A model generated the notes under the pieces. That model had not been told where the DNA came from and made no database searches. It saw only the letters and a program-made list of their open reading frames with translations. Positions 23,801 through 35,243 of a stretch of DNA of 64,000 nt are shown here, piece after piece. The position numbers and the translations under genes were made by a program. Source of the stretch: Sphyrna mokarran (Eukaryota); the NCBI GenBank assembly GCA_024679065.1, contig JAGIQG010000004.1:63240001-63304000 (forward strand), read 5' to 3'. Every line of letters begins with the position of its first letter. Positions within the stretch are counted from its first letter, which is position 1.

Positions 23801-26682
23801 GATTTCTCAGGATTCCATTAATCTTAACAGAATACTCGGAGAAATCCCAGAGCACTGAATGAATGAATATCTTCAACCATTTATGCTGTTTCTCTTGGGA
23901 TAGTTCTAGCCACGCAGACAAGTTTAGTCTGGAACAAGTCGTATGTTTGTGGAATTGTGCAGACAGATTTCTGTGTTTTCCTGATGCCTGATCATTAAAC
24001 AATGTTTGAGCAGAGCACCCAAATGGAAATCCGGTGAGTGGAATATTGCCATCACATTTCAATATTAGGAAATTGCGGCAAATTTTGTTCTCAGCAGTGC
24101 CTCTACCAGATTTTCCATTCGGTACTCAATGCTGACAATGTTGACAATGCTTGAAGCCCAGATGGTAAATCTCTGAAACTCTGATCACCCTCATACAAAC
24201 GATATATTTTAAGTAATAAGACTGTTAGAAACCAGGGCAGAAACTCCAAGGTATATTGTGAATTTAGTGTAGACCGAAAATGTTTGTGATTTTGCAATAG
24301 TGGGAATACAAAGTGTTCCACTCCAGGTGTGATAACTTTTATGAAAACAAACTTTATTTAACAATTAGTTAAAATATGACAAAAAGAATTAACATAACTT
24401 TTACTGGTTGAAATACTTAAAGATGATAAAATATAAATCTTAAGTTTTTTTATTACTTCCAATTTTAGCAACAATCACAAAGATGTATATTTCCTTCAGA
24501 ATCAGTTAGCAACGCACAGTGCCTTAAATGAATTCTTAGTGCTCCAGCTTTTTAATCCCTCTGGTCAAAGTTATGGAGAGAGATACTCATCTTTGATTTT
24601 CAGGTAGCAGCCTCCATAGAGGAAATCTGTCTTCACACACAGAACTTCAATGAGAGAGAGTGAGAAAACACCTCTTGCCTATTTCAGAATTCTGGAGATA
24701 GATACTTCCAATTTCTGAAAACGGAAGAGGGCAAAAGAGCAACTCTTTTCTATTAGAAAGAGCAACTCTATTCTATTAGAATAGAATAAAAATGCATATC
24801 CCGACCCGGAGACGTGTTTTGCTGACATTCAAACGCTTGTTATGGTGCGGTTAGCCACTGCTGTTCGTTGAGAAACACAGCAGCCAATCCGTTCAGAGCA
24901 AGATCCTACGAATATCGATGTAAACTGCAACTGCCTTCTTTATCCTCTTTCTAAGCCTTGCCCTATCCACTCCACTTTTCATTTAATGTAATATTACTCT
25001 GAAACCACAGGTAACACATCAAAGAATATCAACAATAGCATTAGCCTAGATTAAAACAAGTGCTTCAATGGTTAGAGGAGCAATTAACCTTATGTAGTAT
25101 CAGCAAGTGGGCTGTGAATTGTGACTGGTTGGCATCGTAATTAGAGTTGAAGCATAAGATAGTCCCTTCAGAAGAAATATGACTCAAATACATTTCTTAA
25201 AGGCACAGTATCATCACAAGACTCCGTCCACCCTCTTTGCGCTGGTGCTGGAGGGATGGGACTCTGCCAGAATGCAATGGACAGTTGTGATTTCATTTAA
25301 TTCTGGGGCTGCAAATTATGGGCTTATTCATATCAGTCTGTAGACGGAGTGGATAACAAGTGTTTTTTTTTTAATTGACTTTCAGTTCATTCAAGGAACT
25401 GTCGAATTGTTGCCACCTTATTCTGCACCAGATACGACCGAATCCTAAACAAAAACCTCCAAGACATCAAGAACAGACACCATGCATCCAGGTAGGATCG
25501 AGCAAAGATGCGGAATGCGTAATTAACAAGTTGTGTATGGGAAAATACATTTAATACGGCTTTGCTACTTCTGTCTGCGTTAGCGCTAATTCTGCGACAT
25601 TCTTCCGGTATTATGTCAGTTAAAATTCCGTTTGGCTTCAGAGTCGAAAGATTGTAGGATATAGCCCACTCAGGAAACTTGAGAGTAAAGTATAATTTGG
25701 CACTCTTGTGCATTACTAGGGGAAGTCTGCATTATCTGAAGTGCCGTATTTCAAAGGAGACGTTAGACTGAGGCTCTAGTATTCTAGATTTGCAGCAGAT
25801 TAGGCCTATTACTCCCTTCAGTTCAGAAGAATGAGATGGGGATCTTAATGAGATGTAAAAGTTGTTAAAGGAGATCGGTAAGGTGAAGTCAATGTCCGCC
25901 AATGTAGAACAAGACGTCATAGTTTGAGGGTAATGGATAGCAGATTGAAAATAGAGACCAGGAGAAATTACGGGAGTCTGTAAAATTCATCTCTCAAGAT
26001 TTTAATGAGATGCTGGGACATTGACTAAATTAAAGGAAGAAGTGAAGTGGTTTTTAAATCGTAATAGTTTGAAGGGTCATGGTGAACAGACAGGAAAATA
26101 AAGTTTGAGGCCGAGATAAGAGCAGCCATGACCATATTAAAGGTGGAGCAGGCTCGAGGGCCTGAATTGCGTACCCCTGCTCTTAGTTCTTATGATTCTT
26201 ATGTATGATTCATATGATTCAATGGCATTATTTCGAAGAAGAGCAGGGATGTTATCCCCTGTGTCTCAGTCAATGCCTTTGGTCCCCATTACGAAAACAA
26301 ATTGTTAAGAGTACATCGATATTCGTAGGATCTTGCTCTGAACGGATTGGCTGCTGTGTTTCTCAACGAACAACAGTGGCTAACCGCACCATAACAAGCG
26401 TTTGAATGTCAGCAAAACACGTCTCCGGGTCGGGATATGCATTTTTATTCTATTCTAATGAGTTACAATAAAGTAAAATTGGAACTAATTATATTCCCAA
26501 TCATTGATTTCACAGACAAGCAAGGATTACCCGATAATAAGCTGACGTATGCTGCTCTAGATGTGGTAGGGTCAAAGAAAACTTCACAGCCAAATCATAA
26601 TGATAAAAGCACGGAATATGCTCAGCTAAAGATGGAAAAACAAAGAGCAGGAGTTATCTGCACCGAACCGAAAATCACGTGA
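11804..26682 (+). CDS. Gene A: multi-exon IgSF receptor, leader-V(J)-C1-TM-cytoplasmic ITIM (SIRP-like / non-rearranging antigen-receptor-like). Minimal model join(11804..11858,12029..12349,13820..14131,16116..16223,26516..26682), 320 aa
   Basis: Five exons with GT-AG boundaries and phase-1 junctions; 55+321+312+108+167=963 nt, open to TGA at 26680-26682; domain motifs given in the exon entries. Extra small cytoplasmic exons may exist. Confidence 0.85.
12029..12349 (+). CDS. Gene A exon 2, VJ-type Ig V-set domain
   Basis: Acceptor ttttccccatag, donor A|GTAAGT; [45 protein letters not shown] shows the B-strand Cys, C-strand Trp, DxGxYYC and a J-like GxGxxLxV in one exon. Confidence 0.93.
13270..13795 (+). 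mobile_element. Old tRNA-headed Deu-type (SacSINE/AmnSINE-like) SINE in gene A intron 2
   Basis: GGTTCAAATCC B-box, GTCCAGGCCAATATTTCTCCTTCATCAAC core; paralog at 44775-45185. Confidence 0.6.
13820..14131 (+). CDS. Gene A exon 3, Ig C1-set domain
   Basis: Acceptor ttgttctag, donor G|GTAAGA; [46 protein letters not shown] matches the C1 signature (C..FY..I..TW, NG.Y...S.L, YTC.V.H). Confidence 0.92.
15490..15985 (+). mobile_element. Old CR1 relic
   Basis: GATGTGTTGTACTTAGATTTCCAAAGGCATTTAACAAA (D.VYLDF..F.K) and a degenerate 3' hairpin. Confidence 0.6.
16116..16223 (+). CDS. Gene A exon 4, stalk + transmembrane helix with Lys
   Basis: Acceptor ttcttacag, donor G|GTAAGA, phase 1-1; [36 protein letters not shown]; Lys codon 16154-16156; KK after the helix. 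Confidence 0.85.
16836..17145 (+). mobile_element. HE1-like V-SINE
   Basis: tRNA-like head ACGGTGGCACTGTGGTTAG..GGGTTCAATT, V-domain, CR1-like tail GGGCTGAATGGCC..GATTCTAT. Confidence 0.9.
17419..17737 (-). mobile_element. HE1-like V-SINE
   Basis: Reverse complement of head, V-domain and tail. Confidence 0.88.
17859..17902 (+). CDS. Candidate small cytoplasmic exon of gene A ((G)[14 protein letters not shown])
   Basis: attcctag acceptor, CAG|GTATGT donor, open from phase 1; ends in phase 0, so it needs a partner exon or an alternative acceptor downstream. Confidence 0.45.
18740..22330. mobile_element. Old CR1 relics (+ strand 18740-19140; - strand 19150-22330, split by a young CR1)
   Basis: Degenerate RT and endonuclease fragments. 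Confidence 0.6.
19946..21152 (-). mobile_element. Young CR1, 5'-truncated
   Basis: [33 protein letters not shown]; C-terminus; (GTTCTAT)n tail. Confidence 0.95.
22630..22972 (-). mobile_element. tRNA-derived SINE (related copies ~6440-7390 -, 36240-36410 -, 54095-54420 +)
   Basis: Minus-strand head GGGAGGCAGGTGATGGACTAATGG; shared core GGGCAGTTGAGATTCAACCACATTGC..GGAGTCAC..AGGCCAGACCAG; adjoining poly-C tract 22972-23000. Confidence 0.7.
25432..25491 (+). CDS. Candidate small cytoplasmic exon of gene A ([20 protein letters not shown])
   Basis: cttattctgcaccag acceptor, CAG|GTAGGA donor, 60 nt, open in phase 0-0. Confidence 0.35.
25700..26205 (+). mobile_element. Old CR1 3' end
   Basis: AGAAGAATGAGATGGGGATCTTAATGAGATGTAAAAG; 3' GGCTCGAGGGCCTGAATTG..TTCTTATG tail. 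Confidence 0.65.
26516..26682 (+). CDS. Gene A terminal exon with ITIM (LTYAAL) and ITIM/ITSM-like motif (TEYAQL)
   Basis: Acceptor gatttcacag; [55 protein letters not shown]; motifs at 26542-26559 and 26611-26628, tyrosines 23 aa apart. Confidence 0.82.
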
Positions 26683-27402
26683 TAATGGTGTCCAGTACCT
26701 AACACATGTTCGTAATGTCTGTATTTAAGAACCAGCCAATTACCATGACATAAAAAATCGACAAAATAATAACAATAGTTCGGGGGGAAATTGCAGTATT
26801 CCATTTTAATAATAAGCGGCCTGGAACAACGCGCATTAATTCAGAAGTGGTGGCTACCCGTCACTGCTTTAAGAAGCTGTGGATCAAAGGGACGGCAAAA
26901 CCTCAAGTTCTGTTTGAATCGGCCACAAAACTGCAAGAACCAAATCTGGTTGGTTGCTGGCATTTGTGTTTGGTTTTTGCTGTTTATGCTGTTTGAGGTT
27001 TGTGCGGATTAGGAAAGGGTTATGATTTAGAACTCTTTCTGCACTGATAAACCAGAGGCTGAAGATCTCGGGGAAATCAATAACCGGGTTACTTGAAAAT
27101 CCCTGGGGACAGATATAAATCCAGATATAAAACAGGTGATAAAAATGAGCAACAGGTTTTCCTCCCCGTTCGATTTTCGATTCTAATGATGTCCAGATTT
27201 CAGGATGAGATAGCATTCAAAGGAAAAGGAACACAAACGTGAAATGAATGAGCCAGAAAAAAAACTAATGAAATATGGTTTAGCTTACGCTTTGTGCAAA
27301 TTCAGCTGCTCCCAAGCTCCGTCACGTTGAAATCATTTTCAAGTGTAGTCAAAATTGTCAGTAACTGCACAGTAAGATTCCACAGATGTCTAGTCATTGT
27401 AA

Positions 27403-27665
27403 GTGTGGATTTTGCACAATGTCCTCGTGTTTGCGTGGGTTTCCACCTGGTACTCCGGTTTCCTCCCACAGTCAAAAGATGTGCGGGTTAGGTTGATTGA
27501 CCATGCTAAGTAATCGCCCCTTAGTGTCCTGGGATGAGGAGGTTAGAGGGATTAGTGGATATAAAATGTAGGGATATGGTGTAAGGTCTGAGTGGGTTTG
27601 TGTTCAGTGCGGACTCGATGGGCCGAAGAGCCTCCTCCTGCACTGTAGTGTTCTATGATTCTATG
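27403..27665 (+). mobile_element. HE1-like V-SINE, 5'-truncated
   Basis: V-domain and GGGCCGAAGAGCC..TTCTATGATTCTATG tail. Confidence 0.88.
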
Positions 27666-29780
27666 TACGATCAGCTGTGGTCCTATTGACAGATAACTAT
27701 TGGCCACGACACGAGGAGAACGTTGTTGTTCTTGTGCAAAAAGTGGAATCCCAAGGGTGCTCTGACATAAATTTCTTCCCATCTATCGAGCAAATGGCCT
27801 GCAATTAAGTTCCTTCCATCTCCTGTAACGAAACATCTGGCGGCATCTAATATTTCTTAACTTCATCATTGCCTCAGCTCATTTGCTGCAGATACATTCA
27901 GTGATGTCTTTGATACCAAACTAGGCTGTCCCGATTCCAACAGTTTCCTTGCATTCTATCCTGTGTAAAATTGAGGTTGTCCAAAACATGGCGTTCCATG
28001 TGAATGCTTCCAACAATATCGTTTTCTTATCATTCCTGTACTAGCTAAATCACATTGGTTCCCCGGTTTCATGATATAAAATTCCCCACCTTTGTTTTTA
28101 AATTGTCTGTTTCATGTTTCTGCAATCTCCAACAATCCTCCAAAAGATTTGAGTTCCACTGATTCTACCGTCTTGTTTCAACACGTTACAACTATTGTCT
28201 AGGCCCAAACTACGGGATTTTCTCTTTCTATCTCTCCGGTTCTCTCCCTTGTTTTCAGCATTTCAAACAGTCATTCAAACCTATGCCTTCGAACAAATTT
28301 TCGTAATTTGACCTAACTTCTCCACATGTGGTTTTTGTTATTCTTTGTTCCATAAAGATCTAGTGACGCGCTTTGAGATATTCCAGTATATTAAACATAC
28401 TCTCTAAATTTCAGCGGTGATTGTTATTATGGTGATATCACTTCCTGCATTTAGTTTGAAAATTTGTCGAAAAATGAATTACATATTTGTTCAAAGATAG
28501 CTAGATTCAGAATTTGAAAGGATAGCATCAGAGGACAAAAAATCAGAGGACAAAATGTCACAAAACGAATACAAATATTTCCGTTTTTCAGAAAATGTGT
28601 TTTGAAATTACTCAGAAGATTAATAGCCATTCAAAATGGGCAAAAGAGGCACAATCGTTAGTTGTATTATAAATATGCATTGATGATGGACTATTGGCGT
28701 GACAAGACTCGATGGCCGACTGGTCTTTACTTGCGTTTGTCTTTTTCTTTACTTCGTTATTATGAATTTATCTATAACTTAATTTCCAATGTATCGCTGT
28801 TATTCGAGTGTTAATATTCAGACATGAAAATGATATGATAGATTAAATAACATGGATGTTGTTCGTTGAGCTTCTTCTTTCATAATATGTATTCTTACAT
28901 TATATAAAATTGCCAGGTCTGTTCTGGTAAAGATTAATGTATGTCCTTACTTTCTGAGACACGTTCATATTGCAGTTGCCTCACATTAAATTTGCAGACA
29001 ATTTATCAACATTCGCATCAAAAAATGTTTAAGAAATTGAAAAAATATTAAGCAAAAATCATGCAACTGAATAACAAGAAATCAGCACGAAAATTCAGCC
29101 GTGGATAATCAGGAAGTTAAGGATACCATTAGAATTTTTAAAGAGGTTTATAATGTTGCATAAAATAGTGATATATCTTGGATTGGAACTGTCTTGGAAA
29201 CCATCAAAGATGTTTAAAATGTTGATTTTAAAAGCGAAAAAATAGATTGTGAGAGTAAATAAGCAAGGAATATAAAAACAGTTTGGAAGCACTGTTCCAA
29301 TGCATAAAACGCAAGAGGATAGTTGTCTTATTACGAGAGATGTAATAAAAGAGGAGGGAATGTTTGCTTTAGTCAGATAGGGCATTGGTTAAACCACATT
29401 CCGAATTCCGTTATAATACCTTAGAAGCATTTCAGAGAAGGTTTACTAGATTAATAGCTGGAATGGGTGCGTTACCATTTACAAAAAGGAGACAGACAAG
29501 GCTTATATCAGCCAGAGTTTAAAAGAGTAAGAGGCGACTTGATTGAAACATAATATCCCGAGGAGACTTGACAGAGTGGATCTGGAAAGAATGATTATTC
29601 TTGTGGAAGAATCTAAAACTTGGGTCACTGTTTAATAATAAGTGGTCTCCAATTTAAGGCAGAGATTAAAAAGAAATGTCTCAAAGGATGTAAAACTTTG
29701 AAATTCACTTCCTCAATGAAGTGTTTTGACAGAGTCCTTGAATATCTTGTATGCAGTGGTAAGTAGTTTCATGGTAAGAA

Positions 29781-30371
29781 ATAGACATAGAACATAGAAC
29801 ATTACAGCACAGAACAGGCCCTTCGGCCTTCGATGTTGCGCCGACCAATATAAAAAGCAATGCCCCTCCAAACTAAACCATTCCCTTCTCTTCCATATAC
29901 TTATCAACTAACCTCTTAAACGCCACCAAACTTGGCGCATCTACAACTGCTGCAGGCAGGGCATTCCACTCCCGAACCACCCTTTGGGTAAAGAACCTAC
30001 CTCTGATATCCGTCCTATAACTATCACCCCTTAATTTAAAGCTGTGTCCCCTCGTGCTAGCTTTTTCCATCCTAGGAAAAAGGCTATCACTGTCCACCCT
30101 ATCTAAACCTCTAATCATCTTATATGTTTCGATCAGGTCCCCTCTTAGCCTCCTCCTTTCTAACGAAAACAACCTCAAATCCCTCAGCCTCTCCTCATAA
30201 GACCTGCCCTCCATACCAGGCAACATCCTGGTAAACCTCCTCTGTACCCTCTCCAATGCCTCCACATCTTTCTTATAATGTGGGGACCAGAACTGCACAC
30301 AATACTCCAAGTGCGGCCGCACTAGAGTTTTGTACAGTTGCAACATGACGAAACTCTAGTGCGGCCGCACT
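29781..30371 (-). mobile_element. Young CR1 3' fragment with a short 5' inversion, nested in an old + strand CR1 (~29090-30900)
   Basis: ORF 29873-30346; 30351-30371 is the reverse complement of 30310-30330. Confidence 0.93.
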
Positions 30372-31914
30372 AAATGGGGTGAAAAGGTACAAGAAGAAAG
30401 ACAGAATGTTGTTTCGAGGTTAAAATCGGACCAGCAAAGATCTTAATGCATTTTGGGGGAGGGCCGAGTTACCCATTTTTGCTCCTAATTCTGATGTTTA
30501 CAAATTCGTTTTGAACAAATAGCTGGATGTCTGTATTCACAGTAGGAAACACAAGTTGCGTATCAGAAATGAAGAGCAAAATAGATGCTAAATGTGGGAG
30601 TAACCTATGGTTTTTAATAACAACATTGTCAGGGCCTGAGCAAATGAAATGGATTAAAATCCAGGAAATCTTCACACCTACATTGGAAAGTTTTAAAAGT
30701 CACGGCTGCAGAGATTCGGGATGCGCTGTCCATAAGTTTTGAAACTTCTGTCGATACTGGAAAGGTGCCAACAAGTTGGATGTTAATAAATATAACACCA
30801 GTAAAAAGTGCAATTGAAGCCCAAGATCAACCATTATTGTATTGAAGCTAATTGGCAGATTCGATAGGTCTTATAGTGTACTCCTGTTCCTGTGTTCTTG
30901 ATCCAGCTCTATGATGCACAGCCGGTTGTGCAAATATTCCACAGACATCACCCTGCAGGGCCCTAATTATTTTTGTGGGTCTTACCCACAGAATGAGGAA
31001 TGAAGGTGTGGCAGCATCAACTCAAGGGTCTTAAATAGATCATTAGGAATTGGGGGAAATATCTGACTGTGTTTCCTAATTTTATGCAGAATTCGTAAGT
31101 GTAACAAGCAAGGAAAGTGAGAATGTTTATTTTTGAAGCTTGACCAATGTCAAGGCTCTTAATGAAGCACACTAAGCTTGTAGAAATATAGAGAAATAAC
31201 AGGACAAGAAAAACAAAGATGATTACCTAGTGCCTTTCAACCTCTTGGAACTGCAACCCACCCTCCCACATTATCACCTCTCTTCAACTCCACACACCCA
31301 ACTCTCCCACCCCAACACACTCCTCATTTACCCATCCCCCGAAGTACCCACATTCCGGAAAAGACAAGGAAGCAATGAAGTATGCCCGAAGCATTATTAC
31401 GGAACTGTAGAAAATACTTTAACTAAGTTGACCGCATTATCTCCCTTCAAGGTTTCTTCACGTTGTCTAACTAGATTGAATGTAGTTACCGTACTCAATT
31501 GCTAACTATCTAATTCGTAGCCAGAATATCGTCTGAATTTGACATTTCTTTCCTTGATACCTCCAAGGATCGAAACTTGACAATTACCCTACTTTGACTT
31601 ACATATAACCCGTCAACAAAGCCATCCAAAAATATAACGTTGGTTTGAACATGTACACTGGAAATATCCGGCTGGACCTCAGTATTCCAGTTCTCTCTAA
31701 TCCCTGTTCTTGCACGACATCCGGTACTAGATAAGCATAAATTGTCTTAGATTTGGAAAAGGGAAGCTATTGCCCTGAGTCATTATTACAAACGCCATTC
31801 AATTAGTACCATTTCCACCACTCTCCCGGGCAAATGCCTAAGGCGGAACTGGACTGTCCACAAATCTTGTGACATCTTTAACCGAAAAACTAACATCTGT
31901 AAAACATCCATGGC

Positions 31915-32169
31915 TCATTGAATCCCTACAAGAGACATTCGGCCCATTGGTCTTGTACTCAGGTCCCATCCTCGTAAACTGCAGGCATTTACCATGCTAA
32001 GCCCCATGACAGGATGAATAATCGTCCTAACCTGCATATCTTTGGAGTGTGGGAGGAGACTGGAACATCCGGGGGAACCCATATAAACGCGGGAAGAATG
32101 TGCAAACTGAACTTGCGTCCTTGACGTTGTGAGGCAATAGTGCTAATTATTGAGTTACCCGTGTCGCCC
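31915..32169 (-). mobile_element. Degenerate HE1-like V-SINE
   Basis: CTAACCTGCATATCTTTGGAGTGTGGGAGGAGACTGGA..GAATGTGCAAACT. Confidence 0.8.
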
Positions 32170-33778
32170 ATTAAGATATTTCGCAATGTTGTCCTTACTT
32201 CAGTTCATCTGCTGTTGAACAAACCGTCAGTCTTCGCTGTCTAGACTGTTACAACGCATTCCTGAATATTCTACAATTTTCTACCTTCCGTAAACTCGAG
32301 GTCATCTAAAACTCTGCTTTCCGTGCTATTACTCACACCAACTCCAGTTCACCCATTACCCATGTGCTAACTGACCAAATTACTTTTTGATTAAGCAATA
32401 TCTCACGTTTATCCTTTTTATCTTTGTTTTCCTTCCATGATCTCGCTCTACCTTATTTTTGTTCTCTCCTCCGGCCCACAACCCTCTGTGCTATCGGTAC
32501 TCGCCCAATTCTGACCCCTTGAACACCTCCATTGCTCCGTCATCGGCAGTTTTGACTTCGGCTGCTTGAGTTCTGAGATCAAAAAATGCGTTCATAAATA
32601 TCTCCTACCCTCTGATTTTCTTTCCTCGATTAAGATCAATTGCAATGTTAGTTAAGGCTTTCTTCACAGGTTCTAACTTCGCTTTATGTTGCTAGGTGTA
32701 AATTTGTGACTAATTCCACTCTTAGAAGACATCTAGGGGCGTTTCATTATGTTAAAGACACTACTGTTCCGCTGCTAACTAGATTTGTGGGCGTATAAAT
32801 CATCATGGCTTTAAGGGGCGCATACACTTACATCTGCACCAGCGGTTTATGAATACCAAAAATATCGATGTCATCACTCCGAAATGCTACCACGATAGTC
32901 TCCAACAAATAGCAACAGATGCAAAAGCAACAGCGTAGAATAATACATTTCTTACTGCTTGCCTGCACAACTGTTTACGACTTAATCTGATCTTTTACAA
33001 AAGCTGGGATGTAGTTGTTTAACAGATAACTGTTACCCAACATTTATTGTATCATTGTTGTTGACGTAGAAATAAAGATAGTTTTTAAAACTTCGCTGGC
33101 ATCAAAAACTAGGCCGATTGCAACATAATGGAAACACTTCATATAGTTAGCAACTGTAACCACTTTTCAATGCAGATTTGATAACTGAATTATATTCACA
33201 CATCGAGAATGATTTAATTATATCTGACTTTAAATTTGTTAGTTTAATAGCTTCAGCTGTCCACAAGAACAATTTTATCGATTAGGTGACCAAGCTGGGT
33301 TCCAAGGTTTGGGCAGAAATTTGGAGGAGATGTGTGTGGTTATGTTAGCGTAGGCTTTCATTAGACTTCACATTTTCTATGAACTTCAATACACGATCAT
33401 TTTTATGTAACATAATCGCAGAAAACAGGTCACGAAATATCGAAAGGTCGATTTACATCTCGCCAATTTCTCCTCTCCGTTGCAGAAATCGTGCTGAGGC
33501 TTTACACATGGAGATCATTTTTCGCAACGAAACTCGAACAGTATCAGTTTAGCCGTCCATTACCCATCATTCTCAATTTTCCTTTCACTAAAATTAAAGA
33601 TGTAGCATTGCGCGGTATGTAGCGTTTCTGTGTCTGCGTTCGAGTCACCTCCATGTGAAGGACGGGGTCAAATGGGTTGTGTATGTGCCTATAAACCCTT
33701 CAAGTAGGCAATGAGAGTGGAAGCGAATTCTGGTGGCAATATGATGGAAGTAAATTGGAGCCCCTAATACTTCGATGC

Positions 33779-35243
33779 GTTGTATAAAACGTTGGTTAGA
33801 CCTCATTTGGAATACTGCGTCCAGTTCTGGTCGCCTTACTACCGGAAGGACGTGGAGACTCTGGAGAGAGTGCAGAGGAGGTTTAGCAGGAAGCTGCCTG
33901 GTATGGAAGGTCTGAGTTACGAGGAGAGGTTAGGCAAATTGGGACTGTTTTCGTTAGAAAGACGTAGACTTAGAGGAGATCTAATTGAGGTGTACAAGAT
34001 TATGAGGGGTATAGATAGACTAAACAGGGTTAAGCTTTTCCTTGGATGGACTCGAATAGCACGAGGGGTCACGGGCTTAGGGTGAGGGGGGTAAGGTATA
34101 ATGTGGATGCGAGAGGGAGTTTTTCACATAGAAGGTGGTGGGAGTATGGAATGCGCTACCAGGTAAAGTACTGGAGGCAGGCACTCTGGAGTTATTTAAG
34201 AAATTAGGCAGACAATTGGATGAATAAACTGGAAGAAGGTGTTCTTGGGGAAAAGTACAGAAGGAAAGTGGTGGATATTCAAGGAATGTTTGTCTGGGGC
34301 TCTGCAAGATAACGTTCCGAGGAGACACGGAGGCTTTGGTAAGACACGGGAACAGTGGTGCACGAAGGTAATGGTGAACCTAGTCAGGAAGAAAAGAAAG
34401 GTGTATAAAGGGTTCAGAGAGCTAGGAGATGTTAGGGATCTAGAGGAGTATAAGATCTGTAGAAGGGAGCTTAAAAAGGAAATTAGAAGAGCCAGAAGGG
34501 GTCATGAGAAGGCCTTGGCGGATAAGATTAAGGAGAATCCCAAGGCCTTCTACAAATATGTGAAGAGTAAAAGGATGAGAAGAGAAGGGATAGGACCTAT
34601 AAAAGGTGAAGGGGGAAAAGTCTGTCTGAATCCGGAAGAAATGGCAGAGGTGCTTAACGAGTACTTTGCTTCAGTATTCATGGTGGGAAGTGATCTGGGA
34701 GGTTGTACTGCAGGTTTGAGGCAAACAGAAAACATTGAGTATGTGGATGTTAGGAAAGAGGGTGTGTTAGATCTGTTAAGTTCTATCAAGATAGACAAGT
34801 CTCTGGGACCAGATGGGAGGTACCCCAGGTTATTGTGGGAAGTGAGGGAAGTGATTTCAGAGCCCCTGGCGATGATCTTTGCATCCTCCATGGAAACGGG
34901 AGAGGTTGCGGAGGATTGGAGGATTGTGGATGTGGTTCCTATTTTTAAGAAAGGGAACAAGGATAGTCCAGGAAATTATCGACCGGTGAGTTTGACCTCA
35001 GTGGTTGGTAAGCTGATGGAGAGGCTTCTGAGGGACAAGATTTGTGAACATTTGGAGAAGTTTAGAATGATCAGAAATAGTGAGCATGGTTTTGACAAGG
35101 GCAGGTTGTGCCTTACGAGCCTAGATGAGTGCTTCAAAAATGTGACTGAACACATTGACGAAGGAAGAGCGGTGGACGTGGTGTACATGGACTTCAGCAA
35201 GGCATTTGATAAGGTCCCCCATGCAAGGCATTTTGAGAAGGTG
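33779..35243 (+). mobile_element. Compound CR1: 3' part of one subfamily (33779-34203) fused to the EN-RT region of another (34203-35243)
   Basis: ORFs 33780-34085 and 34239-35273 ([31 protein letters not shown]). Confidence 0.9.

Noticed and set aside
25387-25713. Assorted non-repeat ORFs (25387-25713 -, 23724-24062 -, 38228-38629 -, 52345-52800 +, 55682-56008 -)
   Set aside because: No recognisable motifs or exon structure; lengths are compatible with chance.
18085-28556. Short tandem duplications (18085-18126 2x21, 24736-24781 2x23, 28527-28556 2x15)
   Set aside because: Ordinary slippage events in non-coding DNA.
26683-29000. Poly(A) signal of gene A
   Set aside because: No unambiguous AATAAA was seen close to the stop, so the 3' end cannot be placed.
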